Assembly: GCA_951406725.2 (NCBI GenBank)
Contig: OX597840.1
Span: forward strand, 23,374,001-23,438,000
Reading direction: 5' to 3'
DNA from: Octopus vulgaris
Taxonomy: Eukaryota
Length of the DNA stretch: 64,000 nucleotides
Shown here piece after piece: positions 39,249 through 54,200 of the stretch; the stretch's first letter is position 1; each line of letters opens with the position of its first letter. A model generated the notes under the pieces. It saw only the letters and a list, made by a program, of their open reading frames with translations. It had not been told where the DNA came from and searched no databases. Both the position numbers and the translations under genes were made by a program.

Positions 39249-40424
39249 CTAACTTGTATGAGTATGTATGTGTTCATTTAAGTTACTGCCATCAGAGAAT
39301 GATTCACCACAGATATCACAGCGATAAGGTTTTTCCCCTGTATGAACCCGTTTGTGTGTAGTTAGGGCAGTGTTTTGAGCGAATGATTTACCACAGATAT
39401 CACAGTGATATGGTTTCTCACCAGTATGAATACGTATGTGTCTAATTAAGCTACTGCCATCAGAGAATGATTTACCACATATATCACAGGGATATGGTTT
39501 CTCCCCTGTATGAATTAGTTTGTGTGTAGTTAAGTGAATTCCTTGAGAGAATGATTTACCACAGATATCACAGTGAAAAGGTTTCTCCCCTGTATGAATG
39601 CGTTTGTGTTTATATAAGCTGCTGGCATCAGAAAATGATTTACCACAGATATCACAGGGATAAGGCTTCTCTCCTGTATGAATACGTATGTGCGTAGTTA
39701 AGCTACTGTCACCAGAGAATGATTTACCACAGATATCACAGTGAAAAGGTTTCTCCCCTGTATGAACCCGTTTGTGTTGGGTTAAATAGTGATTTATAGA
39801 GAAAGATTTACCACAGATATCACAGTGATATGGTTTCTCACCAGTATGAATACGTTTGTGTTTCGTTAAGCTACTGCCATCAGAGTATGATTTACCACAG
39901 ATATCACAATGATAAGGTTTCTCTCCTGTATGAATACGTTTGTGTTTAGTTAAGCCATAGATTTCAGGGAAAGATTTACCACAGATATCACATTGATATG
40001 GTTTCTCCCCTGTATGAATATGCTCGTGTGCAATCAAGTTTCTTGCAGAAGAGAATGATTTACCACAGATGTCACAGTGATGTCGTTTCTCACCAGTATG
40101 AATACGCTTGTGTTTGGTAAAGCTACTGCCATCTGAGAATGATTTACCACAGATATCACAGTGATAAGGTTTCTCCCCGGTATGAACCCGTTTGTGCGTA
40201 GTTAAGGTAGTGTTTTGAGAGAATGATTTACCACAGATGTCACAGTGATGTCGTTTCTCTTCTGTATGAATACGTTTATGTCTAGTTAAACATTTGCTTT
40301 GAGAGAATACTTTCCCACAGATATCACAGGGATAAAGTTTCTCCCCTGTATGAATTCGTTTGTGTTCATTGAATTTACTTTCTTCTGAGAAGTCATGTGA
40401 GGATTGTCCTAATTCTTCCGTCAT
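39249..40424 (-). CDS. C2H2 zinc-finger protein G5, 391 aa from ATG, 13 fingers
   Basis: [11 protein letters not shown] start with the first finger half deleted; 13 canonical fingers; ends TS-TAG-AAA. Confidence 0.88.
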   Translation of the reverse strand: MTEELGQSSHDFSEESKFNEHKRIHTGEKLYPCDICGKVFSQSKCLTRHKRIHTEEKRHHCDICGKSFSQNTTLTTHKRVHTGEKPYHCDICGKSFSDGSSFTKHKRIHTGEKRHHCDICGKSFSSARNLIAHEHIHTGEKPYQCDICGKSFPEIYGLTKHKRIHTGEKPYHCDICGKSYSDGSSLTKHKRIHTGEKPYHCDICGKSFSINHYLTQHKRVHTGEKPFHCDICGKSFSGDSSLTTHIRIHTGEKPYPCDICGKSFSDASSLYKHKRIHTGEKPFHCDICGKSFSQGIHLTTHKLIHTGEKPYPCDICGKSFSDGSSLIRHIRIHTGEKPYHCDICGKSFAQNTALTTHKRVHTGEKPYRCDICGESFSDGSNLNEHIHTHTS

Positions 40425-41406
40425 CACTTCAGAAAAAATAAAATCAATCGAAGAATATTTCTCCTCTCACCAAAATATATGGATATTTTGCTTCTTTTTG
40501 CGTTTATAGTTTATTCCAAACAAATATCACTTCTCTTATATTTCTTCTAAATGTGATCATTGCCAATATTTAAAAATGCTGCAAATAATCTTTGTAAATC
40601 CATCAAAGTATATTTAAAAGAGAAAATTATCTCTTGCACATTTCAGACACAGAAGTAAAGAAATGCTTTCTCTCTCTCAGAGGAAATATTTTACTGTAAT
40701 TCAGCAATGTTTTATAGAAGCAGGATTATACGTTTGTAGAATATCTTTGCAGAGTCTTTCAAACATGATACATATTGATGATTCTTTAAAAGTAAAAAAT
40801 ACTTTTTAGCCAATTTCATGTGATTTCCTGAAAGAATAGAAAAAATTAATATAAGACATAGAATATGTTTAAAAGGTAGATATTGAAAAATGCGAATTTA
40901 TGCCATTTCTGTTTTAATGGATTGTAGAAGTAAACCTGCATTCAAACTAATAAACTTACCCAAAAGTTAATAAATTACGAGCAGATTCAATAATTATAAT
41001 AGCAACTCCTGGACATTAAATCTGTGACACACACGCTCTTTCTCTCTCTCTCTCACACACACCAATATAGATGTTAATGGCCTAGATAACCAATGTTTTC
41101 ACCTCGGAGTTCTATCTTGTCAACACAGCTTTGTTTAGTAACACAGATGTGGAGACACATGGCCTAGTGGTTAGAGCAGTGGACTCGCGGTCGAGGAATC
41201 GCGGGTTCGAATTTCAGACTGGAAGTCATGCCGCATTTCTGAAGCAATGAATAAAAAAATATTATGAATATATATATATATATATATCTTTTTTCCTTAT
41301 TTTACTTAAATCGTTCATTTTCTTCATCACAATACACATCCTTTACAATTATTCCTAATATTTCTTTTCTTTTCTGCCTTTTTAAATTATTGACAAGACT
41401 TCATAT

Positions 41407-42131
41407 GGATCTTTTCCTTTTGAAAGGCAGTTTGTAACATAATTTCTAGGTAACTAAAAAGTTTTAAACTTCGTATACTGGTAGAATGTGTTTATAAAAC
41501 ATCATTTTCTCTTGGTTTTATTGAGAAAATTGTATAGTTTGTAAGATATTTCGTCTGAAAATCCGAGCATTTCGGCGATTTTAACCAATCAATTACCTCC
41601 ATTCAACTAAAATCATTTGCTGCATCCAAAACTGAGACAACATCCTGTAACTAACCATAAACCTTCCCCTAACCCTAACACTAAATTTTTTTCTTAATTG
41701 TTAAATTAATTTAATTGTTACGTGTGTAAAAAAAACTAAAACAATGGAAAATAACTTAAGCAAGCGTGTGTATAAAATTATAGAATTATTTTGTTTGTTA
41801 ATTATTTAAATTATTTGCCATTCCTTTAGGTTTTTTTTACACGCGTAACAATTAAATTAATTTAAAAATTAAGAAAAAAAAATTTAGGATTTGGGGTAGG
41901 TTTAGGGTTAGTTACAGGATGTTGTCTCAGTTTTAGACGCAGCAAATGATTTTAACTGTAAATAGAGCATAGGATAATTAAAATTCGAAAAATTAAACTA
42001 CGTTAAACAAACAGATTACAATGTTCTCAAGAAAGCCAAGAGAAAAAAATGTTTTATTTTGACACATTCTACCAGTATACGAAGTTTTAAAGTTAACTAG
42101 AAATTGTCTGCTGTTCAAAAGGAAAAGATCC
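41407..42131. mobile_element. Foldback-like MITE with GGATCTTTTCC...GGAAAAGATCC ends
   Basis: The whole element is an imperfect palindrome. Probable 8-bp TSD cttcatat/tttcatat. Absent from the paralogous site near 20435-20450. Confidence 0.8.
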
Positions 42132-42134
42132 TTT

Positions 42135-43235
42135 CATATATATATGCAAGTTGTAAATTGAAATGACGGAGAAGAACTAGCAAAAATAAAGACATTTTTA
42201 AAATGTTTCACACAAATGCCGATCCATGTGAACCATCCTCTTTTCGTTTCAGTATTTCGAGTGCACAATCTAATTTTTATATATTCTCCATTTTTCAGTA
42301 ATTACATCGTAATTTCCCTGCATTTAAATAAATTCTTAGATTTACAAGCCAAATATAAAGGAAAATGTTGTGTAATCAAGGTATTGCACTGACACAAAGC
42401 AATGTAAGAAATAACCAAAACTGGAACGGAATGTCTAAAAGAAAATAAAACAAGTATTCGAATGTCAGCCTTACTTACTTTCATATAATTTCGGCTTTGT
42501 TTAGTGAGATTCTTTTAATTTAATTATTCAACACGTCAGAATAAGCAAATGTACGTAAAATGACACATATACAATAGAAATGCTTAAATAAATATAATAC
42601 TCACATAGAAATATATGTATATATATAGAGAGAGAGTCACCGAGGAAAATGTGAGAATATGATGAAGCAGTGAGGACTGGAGTCTGAGTGGATAATGACA
42701 GCTTCAAGAGAATTTCTAGATTTTTAATTGCAAACGTTGATTTATATTTTGCAGGTGAATTTAATAAAGAATACTGTACGGATTTCTTTACACAGTTAAT
42801 AATCAAACGTGTGTATATTCAATTGGGTTCTCTCTTAAACAAGGAAACAGAATTGGAAAGATTTAGCAATTAACAGACGAGGGGAAATCACTCTATTTCT
42901 AATATCCGTTTTTAATTAAGAGCATAAATTCGTAAAAGGCTTTCTTGCTCCTGTTTCTTACGCATTTTTATTGCTTGATCGGTTCCACTTTACAACTGAT
43001 ATTTAAGAGAAAACCCAATCAAATATATACACGATTGGTAATTAAATTTCTAAAGAAACAAATACAGCTTTTACGATTATGTGGACCTGAAAAATATTAA
43101 TTAACGTTTGTTGTAAAAATCTAGAAATATATATATATATATATATTACTGTGTAAGTATTATATTTATATAAACATTTCTATTATATATGTGTCATGCC
43201 ATATATCTGATTGTTTCGATGTGTTGAGTAAGTTA
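42135..43235. promoter_or_regulatory. Head-to-head promoter/exon-1 modules of G5 (-) and G6 (+)
   Basis: Paralogous to 21631-22755. Donors GTGAGT at 42604-42599 (-) and GTAAGT at 43153 (+); ATTGG at 43034. Confidence 0.5.
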
Positions 43236-43238
43236 AAA

Positions 43239-43510
43239 GGATACTACTTAAGAAGAGTGCTCCCGGTGCGTGCACTCGCGTATCCGCCCTAGCTAGTCGA
43301 TCCTTACTTTGTGTTTTTGTTTTATTTACTTTGTGTTTTTGTGTTTTATTTACTTTCTTTTTAAAACATTATTTACCTTGGGTAAAAAAAGATTATGTAT
43401 TTTGTGTTTTATTTACTTTCCTACGTAGTCGTTGTAGGATCGACTAATCACGACTAGCTAGCGCGGATGCGTGAGTGCGCGCACCTGAACCACTCTAATT
43501 AAGTAATACC
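43239..43510. mobile_element. MITE with GG...CC termini and 8-bp TSD
   Basis: TIRs of about 60 bp; flanks agttaaaa (43231-38) and tgttaaaa (43511-18). Confidence 0.8.
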
Positions 43511-43732
43511 TGTTAAAAGAAAGAGTTTCACTAAACAAAAAAATATTTTATAAACACATTCTACCAGTTTACGAAATTAAAAATTTTTTAGTTACCGAGA
43601 AATTATGTTAAAAACTGCCGTCCAAACCGAAAAGATCCAGGCTGTTATTTTAATACTTTCATTCTGTTTGTTTTCCTTTAGACATTTCATTGCACTTTTG
43701 GTTATTTCCTATATTCGTTAACGTCAGATCTG

Positions 43733-44020
43733 GAGGCATCGAATTGTGGCCCTTTCCAATGAATAGCATCCCGCAAACGTCACAGTAGAACTCCTGGTTT
43801 ACTGTCTGACCAGGTGGAGCATACTCATGATGAACAATCCCCTGGAGTCGAAGAAAACGGTCAACAGTGTCTTCACATTCGTCAGTCTTGGAGAGGTCGA
43901 GGTGTTCTTCGTCTCAGAACACAATTGGTATTTCACTGGTGGTGCCTTGGCTGCTAATGCACAATCTCTACATGATTTTTACCAAATTTTGAATGTCCCA
44001 GTCCATTGCTGGCCAATACA
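43733..44020 (-). mobile_element. Degenerate mariner fragment in the G6 intron
   Basis: Same sequence as 19370-19515 and 53010-53175 (TLLTVFFDSRG). Confidence 0.6.
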
Positions 44021-44788
44021 CATGACTCCCCATCAAAGCTTTCAGTCATGACATCCCCGGGTGTTCACAATGAAATTCATGTAATGTCCTTTTCTGTACT
44101 GCAGTTGGTTCTACCACTCTTTGTGTTTACATTAATACATTGTCACAGATTTTCCTGCTTCATTGGTGTGTCCAGGAGGTGTTATTACAATAGATATGTC
44201 TGTGATATAAACCTCTTGAAAATAGAGAGATGGGATAAATTTAATACTTCAGATAAAGAATTACTTCTACAATTTATGAAAACAGAAATGTTGTAAATTT
44301 GCACTTTTGAATATCTGCCTTTTAAACATACATGATGTCTTATATTATTTTTTCTATTCTTTCAGAAAATCACATGAAATTGGCTAAAAAGTATTTTTTA
44401 CTTTTAAAGAATCATCAATATGTCTCGTGTTTGAAAGACTCTGCAAAGATATTCTACAAATGTATAATCCTTCTTCTATAAAACATTGCTGAATTACAGT
44501 AAAATATTTCCTCTGAGAGAGAAAGCATTTCTTTACTTCTGTGTCTGAAATGTGCAAGAGATAATTTTCTCTTTTAGATATACTTTGATGGTTTTACAAA
44601 AGTATTTGCAACATTTTTAAATATTGGCATTGATCACATTTAGAAGAAATATAAGAGAAGTGATATTTGTTTGGAATAAACTATAAAAGCATAAAGAAGA
44701 AAAATATATTTTGGTGAGAGGAGAAAATTATTGATTGTACAATTGATCTGTACAACTTGAAGGATTGAGTTTTATTTTTCTTGAAGAG

Positions 44789-46022
<1,234 letters not shown>

Positions 46023-48101
46023 CACAGTGACATTGGTTGTATAACATTTCCTCAGAAGGACAAAGGACATATCTTATAAAGACATCCACAGAATATAGAA
46101 ACTATATGAATGTGACATCTATAGTAAATCTTTGACATGAAATCATCCATTATTGAATCAAAAGAGCATTGACAGAGGAAGGAAAACATATCACTGTGAT
46201 AGCAGTGCTTAATCATTCTATCAAAATGGAGAATTCTACACAGTCATATTAATATGAAAGATAAAACTGTAACCTAAGCTATTTGTGCTAAATCAATCTA
46301 TGAAAATAGATCAATTATTGAAATGTAAATGCATTCATACAGAAGAGGAACCATATCACTACAATGATGATAATCATCATCATTTAAAATTCGCTTTTCC
46401 ATGCATCTGTCTATCTGATGGAATTCATTGATGGAGATTTTCCTGAGCTGTGTACCCTTTCTTGTCACCAATCCTCACCTGTTTCCAAACAAGGAAATAT
46501 TTTTCCTGGTGAGACATATTTTACGCAGAGGACTGGAAATGAAGAACTGCACAAGTATGACGGTCATGATGGCCATTTACGGACGTCACATAATATCTGG
46601 ACACACACACACACATGTATATATGAAGAATTTCTTATAAGAGATATTTTACATGTTTTCTCTTTGTTTAAAAGTTTGTAATTCCTATTAGGTAATGAAA
46701 CACATGTAATGCTGAATAAATACTATCAAACTGTTTTCCAGTCTCCTTATGTGATATGTAATTACTCTGCAAAAAATATTATCCAAACATCAGACAACAA
46801 TAATATTTATGTATATATATAATAACCAGCTTGTTTGTACAGCTGTTATGCTTTCATCAGATTAGTGGAATAAATGAGGGGTGGGGACGGAAGTGGAGAA
46901 AAGGGAGGGAGAAATAGAGTAAGGTGATCTTATAATAATTCTGCTTCTCGTTCTGTTACTTAGCTCGTCAGTAACACTTTCATGTTATTAGAGAAAAGGG
47001 GGTAGAGAGAGAAAAGATGATAAGACAAAGAGTGAGGCAAATAGAGAAAGAAAGAAAAAGGAGAGACAAAAAGACTAAGAAAGAAGCAAGCATGACATGT
47101 GATAGGGGGAATGTAATATTTATTTTATGGTTAAAAAAGCTCGCTGAAGGTCGTGATATAGAGAATAGTTAGAAATATAATCTTAGCAGAGGGGTGATGT
47201 TCTGATGTTGATATTAAAGAAAGGCACACAGAGAGAGAGACATGATGATGGTGGTGGTGGTGGTGTGTTGATAGTGAAAAGGAATTTCTTTTCTTTATAG
47301 AGACCATCACTCAACACTTGCACTTCTGTGCAATTATTTATCGTCTTCTCACTTAAGAGATTGATATTTGTTTCTAAGGATTAATTTAGCCTAAACTATG
47401 GATTCACGAGAAACACAGTTGCAAGCTGCCTGAGAAAAGATGCACAGATCTAGAGCATGGAACACTAAAAAGATATAATAAAAAAGAGGAAAAAGATGGC
47501 ACCGATGGTGTTGTGAGGAATTGGATGTAGACAGATGCCAAGTATATTCAAAGAAAGCTAAAACTATGAATGCTATAAAAATGCAAATCATCCTCTCTTT
47601 CTTAAATAGGTCCTCTTAATTTTTTTCATTCTGTAGAATTTACATGGGTCCCACAAGTAATTAATAATAAACTAAAGTGGCGAACTGGCAGGGTCGTTAG
47701 CACATTGGGGAAAATGCTTAGCTGTGGTTCTTCTGACATGACATTTGCATTTAAATTCTGCCAAGGTGGACTTTGTCTTTCGTCCTTTTGGGGTTTGATG
47801 GAAATAATCACCGATTGAGCACTGGAATCGACATATTCAATTTAACACACACACACACACACCCGTGGAATTGCTGGCCTTGTGCCAAAATTTGAAAACA
47901 GTATGAACTTTAATGTCAACTTCTTGCTCTTGCCTGTGATAATGCCAGAAGCACGTTGGTTTGCTTCAGTAGGTTCTATTGAACCTTGGTGTCTGGCCAA
48001 CTGAGGAATTCTATCAAAGCCTTTCTCCTGGCCAACAAGTGCCAAGTATAATGGTTTATTCACATTTAAATACTTGTATTGCAGTTGTAAGTAGGCAGAC
48101 C

Positions 48102-48140
<39 letters not shown>

Positions 48141-49560
48141 TACATTAAAAATGAACTTGAATCTTGCTTCCAATGTTACATAGCCAAAATGGCACATAAT
48201 GGGGAAAATACTAAGAATTAAGACTTTCCTGAAATATGGATACAAACGGAATAAAACAAGTTTCGCATGAATTGGACAATTGGTTCTTGAGATATTAGGA
48301 GTTTTGTGGGGTATAAATACCCAAAACAGTGCATATTGAGAAAATCCACCAAAAATAACTTAACCCTGAAAAGGAAGAATTTCTAGCTTTTCGGTTAGAC
48401 ACATTATGACTAACTTGCCAACAAAAAAAGTTGTTTTTACAGGAAATGTTTCTATTTTTGCTTTTTTGTATTTATATTTTAGCTTTCTTTAAACAGGCAA
48501 TTTTATTTATTTTTTTATTATTTTCAATTGAATACCATTACAAAAATTGTTTTGGTATATTTAAAAAATATTTTAAAGTGAAGATGGCTTTAGAAATACT
48601 GTAAATATTTCGTAAAAGACCTGTTCATAACCTCACTGAAATAAATTCTTTCCATAGGTTTTTTTCCAGTGCATTCAATGTATCTCATCTCCAAAGATTC
48701 GGTTACTATTTCTAGCATGCCTTGTTACCATACAACAGCTATTTACGATAAAGGACTTAAAATAACTGTTACATGGTAGCAGGGCATGCAAGAAATAGTG
48801 GCCGAATCTTTCTTTACGTGTAATTTCAATGTCACATACATTGAAAGCATGTAAAATAACCCAGAAAAAAACAAAATAAAACTGTTGGTGGGAAACTCCA
48901 AGGTCCCCCACCACCCCTCCCCCTTTCTTTTCCGGAAGAATCTGGCGGGTGGTGGGTTTGGACTGAGCATCGTTGAATGCACTCAAAAAAATGTGTGGAA
49001 AAAATTATTTCACACCAAAGTACAAACGGGTCCTTTATGAAAAAGAAAGGACAGGTCATTTGAAGCTCTCTGTCCCCTGTAAAGAACCAGATCATCCTTG
49101 CAATTTCAGCTGATTAATCTTGAGATTGCTCCAATCTGGCCAGCCCCAAGGAAAAACTAAGCTAAGAGCATCAGATTCCTTGGAAGAAAGCATGGAATGT
49201 ATACGAAAACAAGGACGGAAAAACAGACGATGTTACACAAATATAAATACAAAATACAATAAAAATATTAATAATAATAACAGGACATAACAACAGGTGT
49301 CTTTCGACTGGGGACAAATTGAATTCAGCTGGTGTGTGTGGAAATGAAGCCTTACGGCAGAGATACAGTGCTTTCACAAACACACGGAAGAATATCGATG
49401 TTGCACTGACCATGGTCAGACGCAAAAAGAGGGCTAACCATCTGGCCTATCGGTCACATGGGAAAAGAAGAGAGAGAAAAAGAGGAACAAAAGAATTAAG
49501 GAGCGGAAAGAGAAGACAGAGAGTTGTAGAAGCAGATGAACAGAAGAATTAAGGAGGGTC

Positions 49561-49587
<27 letters not shown>

Positions 49588-49592
<5 letters not shown>

Positions 49593-49850
49593 TCAATATA
49601 GGGTGGCAAAAAAAATTTTGTAGAATTCCTTTGCCACCAGCGGCCTAGTAGGAAAAAATTAAATAGTCATAAACCATTTTTACGTTCAACATCACAATCA
49701 AGGAACGGCCATAATAGGCCATTCACCCACTAGAAATAACAGCCAAAAGCTTTAACCGCAAAATACGGTATTAATGTTATTTTGCGGTTAAAGCTTTTGG
49801 CTGTTATTTCTAGTGGGTGAATGGCCTATTATGGCCGTTCCTTGATTGTG

Positions 49851-49852
<2 letters not shown>
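49588..49852. mobile_element. Insertion in (TA)n with a perfect 75-bp inverted repeat (possibly Penelope-like)
   Basis: Arms 49691-49765 and 49778-49852 are exact reverse complements. Absent from the paralogous microsatellite near 35796-35818. Confidence 0.7.
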
Positions 49853-49881
<29 letters not shown>

Positions 49882-50262
49882 TATTGTTATGAAAGTCTTT
49901 TCCTTGGGAAGGAAAATAGCGGATTTCATTTGGGGCATATAGATTTGAACCTGAAAACAGCATTTTCCCACAGAAAAACAGTAGTTGACAACAGTGACAC
50001 TCCACACATACCCTCTGCCAGGCCAATTGATATGTTTTCCTACTTCACTCCTAACCTCTTCTATACCACCAAAAGTCAAAATTAAATGAAGAGCTACCTA
50101 CATCAGTTTCCTCATTGTTCTCGGCAATATGCCTCTCTTTCTCGCTATATTGCACTTATAAAATACTAGAATTTCGTAAAGCAAAAGCCAGTTGGTGAAA
50201 TGAGATGACCAGAGACAGCCATGATACATACAACTTTCACCAGCTCATCTTTCTCTAGCAAA

Positions 50263-50877
50263 GGCACAGGAGTGGCTGTGTGGTAAGTAGCTTGCTTACC
50301 AACCACATGGTTCTGGGTTCAGTTCCACTGCGTGGCACCTTGGGTAAATGTCTTCTACTATAGCCTTGGGCCAACCAAAGCCTTGTGAGTGGATTTGGTA
50401 GACAGAAACTCAAAAGAAGTCCATCATGTATTTATTTATATATATATATATAAATGATGATGATGATGATGATGATATATAGGCGCAGAAGTGGCTGTGT
50501 GGTAAGTAGCTTGCTTACCAACCACATGGTTTCTGGGTTCAGTCCCACTGCGTGGCACCTTGGGAAAGTGTCTTCTGCTATAGCCTCGGGCCGACCAAAG
50601 CCTTGTGAGTGGATTTGGTAGACGGAAACTGAAAGAAGTTGTCGTATATATGTATATATATATATGTGTGTTTGTGTGTCTGTGTTTGTCCCACCAACAT
50701 TGCCTGACAACCGATGCTGGTGTGTTTGCGTCTCCGTAATTTAGCGGTTCGGCATAAGAGACCGATAGAATAAGTACTAGGCTTACAAAGAATAAGTCCT
50801 GGGGTCGATTTGCTCAACTAAAGGCGGTGCTCCAGCATGGCCGCAGTCAAATGACTGAAACAAGTAAAAAAAAAAAT
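50263..50877 (+). mobile_element. Two tandem octopus-type SINEs (partial 50263-50425, full 50482-50877)
   Basis: Same family as 36178-36585. Confidence 0.75.
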
Positions 50878-51191
50878 GACCGGCTTTAAAGAAAGCATCG
50901 TTCAGTCTTCCTCCTGAATTTGCTGTCGTTCTCTCTCCCTCTGTGGTAAGAGATTAACATAACATAGTACAACATACAAGAGGGTCAGTAGAGTTACCTC
51001 GCCTGTTTGCTTGGATTGGCATGCTGAGAATTTGGAATAAACAAAGGAAATCTGCGACTGCAACCTCTGACATTGGACTTTCCGTCAACAAGGACCGACA
51101 TACTCAATCATTTTGTAACAACTCTGCACTTTGAACTGAAATATTTTCATAATGGCTCTGTACCTTCTCTCAACTTCATTATAACAGCTTT

Positions 51192-51454
51192 ATCTTTATG
51201 TAGTTTCAGCTCACGAGCTGTGGCCATGCTGGGGCACCGCCATTTGGTGTTGCTACATGATTTTACTTCACGAATGCTTTTTAGCAATTGCCATTTGGTG
51301 CATGAGAGAGTTTGATGCAGCTGCCCTCATCTGCACCTCCCGCCGTGAAGTTGGTTCATCTGGGACACCTGACAAGAAGAGATCCAGTTTTATTTTAAAG
51401 ACATCTGCATCCACCCCATGCAGGTCTTTCAGGCTCTTCAGGAGGATATTGAAC
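51192..51454 (-). mobile_element. 3' end of a CR1/L2-group LINE
   Basis: Minus strand FNILLKSLKDLHGVDADVFKIKLDLFLSGVPDEP..RAAASNSL; tail ggcggtgccccagcatggccacagc..gctgaaac followed by ataaagataaag. Confidence 0.7.
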
Positions 51455-51936
51455 CCATTTGTGTTGGGTTAAATGGTGATTTATAGAGAATGATTTACCA
51501 CAGATATCACAGTGATATGGTTTCTCCCCTGTATGAATATGCTCGTGTGCAATCAAGTTTCTTGCAGAAGAGAAAGATTTACCACAGATGTCACAGTGAT
51601 GTGGTTTCTCACCAGTATGAATACGCTTGTGTTTGGTAAAGCTACTGCCATCAGAGAATGATTTACCACAGATTTCACAGTGATATGTTTTCTCCCCTGT
51701 ATGAATTAGTTTGTTTTTAGTTAAGCCATAGATTTCAGGGAAAGATTTACCACAGATATCACATTGATATGGTTTCTCCCCTGTATGAATATGCTCGTGT
51801 GCAATCTTGCAGAAGAGAAAGATTTCCCACAGATATCACAGGAATAAAGTTTCTCCACTGTATGAATTCGTTTGTGTTCATTGAATTTACTTTCTTCTGA
51901 GAAGTCATGTGAGGATTGTCCTAATTCTTCTGTCAT
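51452..51936 (-). pseudogene. C2H2 zinc-finger gene G7 (G5 paralogue), frameshifted and 3'-truncated
   Basis: [11 protein letters not shown] start; 7-nt deletion near 51805; the array is cut inside the SINHHLTQH finger by the LINE. Confidence 0.85.
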
Positions 51937-52657
51937 CACTTCAGAAAAAATATAATCAATCGAAGAATATTTCTTCACTCACCAAAATTTATGGATATTT
52001 TTCTTCTTTTCGTTTTTATAGTTTATTCCAAACAAATATCACTTCTCTTATATTTCTTCTAAACGTGATCAATGCCAATATTTAAAAATGTCGCAAATAC
52101 TCTTTGAAAATCCATCAAAGTATATTTAAAAGAGAAAATTATCTCCTGCACATTTCAGACACAGAAGTAAAGAAATGCTTTCTCTCTCAGAGGAAATATT
52201 TTACTGTAATTCAGCAATGTTTTATAGAAGCAGGATTATACGTTTGTAGAATATCTTTGCAGAGTCTTTCAAACATGAGACATATTGATGATTCTTTAAA
52301 AGTAAAAAATACTTTTTAGCCAATTTCATGTAATTTCCTGAAAGAATAGAAAAAAATAATATAAGACATAGAATAGGTTTAAAAGGTAGATATTAAAAAA
52401 TGCGAATTTATGCCATTTCTGTTTTAATGGATTGTAGAAGTAAACCTGCATTCAAACTAATAAACTTACCCAAAAGTTAATAAATTACGAGCAGATTCAA
52501 TAATTATAATTGCAACTCCTGGACATTAAATCTGTGACACACACGCTCTTTCTCTCTCTCTCTCACACCAATATAGATGTTAATGGCCTAGATAGCCTAT
52601 GTTTTCACCTCGGAGTTCTATCTTGTCAACACAGCTTTGTTTAGTAACACAGATGTG

Positions 52658-52945
52658 GAGGCACATGGCCTAGTGGTTAGAGCAGCGGACTCATGGTCGA
52701 GGGATCACAGGTTCAAATCTCAGACCGAGCAATGTGTGTGTTCATGAGTGAAACACCTAAGCTCCACGCGGCTCCGGCAGAAGGTAATGGCGAAACTTCT
52801 GCTGACTCTTTCGCCACAACCTTCTCTCACTCTTTCCTCCTGCATCTTGCAACTCACCTGCGACGGACTGGCGTCCCGTCCAAGTGGGGAACCTATACGC
52901 CAAGGAAACTGGCCCTTATGAGCCAGGCATGGCTCGAGAAGGAAC
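52658..52945 (+). mobile_element. tRNA-derived SINE, full length
   Basis: tggcctagtggttagagc A box and ggttcaaatc B box; paralogue of 19049-19322. Confidence 0.7.
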
Positions 52946-53368
52946 TAGTAACACAGATATCACACCTGTTTTGCCACCTGAATAAGCAGGTGCATTGTCA
53001 CTCACCAGAGGCATCGAATTGTGGCCCTTTCCAATGAATAGCATCCCGCAAACGTCACAGTAGAACTCCTGGTTTACTGTCTGACCAGGTGGAGCATACT
53101 TATGATGAACAATCCCCTGGAGTCAAAGAAAACGGTCAACAGTGTCTTGACATTCGTCAGTCTTGGAGAGGTCGAGGTTTTCAACTTCAAAGACTGAACC
53201 TTTAGGGGAACATTGCAGTTCGCTTGAAGCATTGCGCACTGTTCGTAAAAATAATGCATTGAATGGCACAACAACGGACTATAATAACCATTGTAATTCA
53301 ATCATCCATAGTCTGATATAATATTTCAGAATATAAAAATCCCTTCTTCAGATATCCCTGGGAATTGA

Positions 53369-54200
<832 letters not shown>

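Noticed and set aside
41151-41222. Possible tRNA gene (A and B boxes)
   Set aside because: It is the head of the SINE family seen full length at 52658, and has no convincing acceptor stem.
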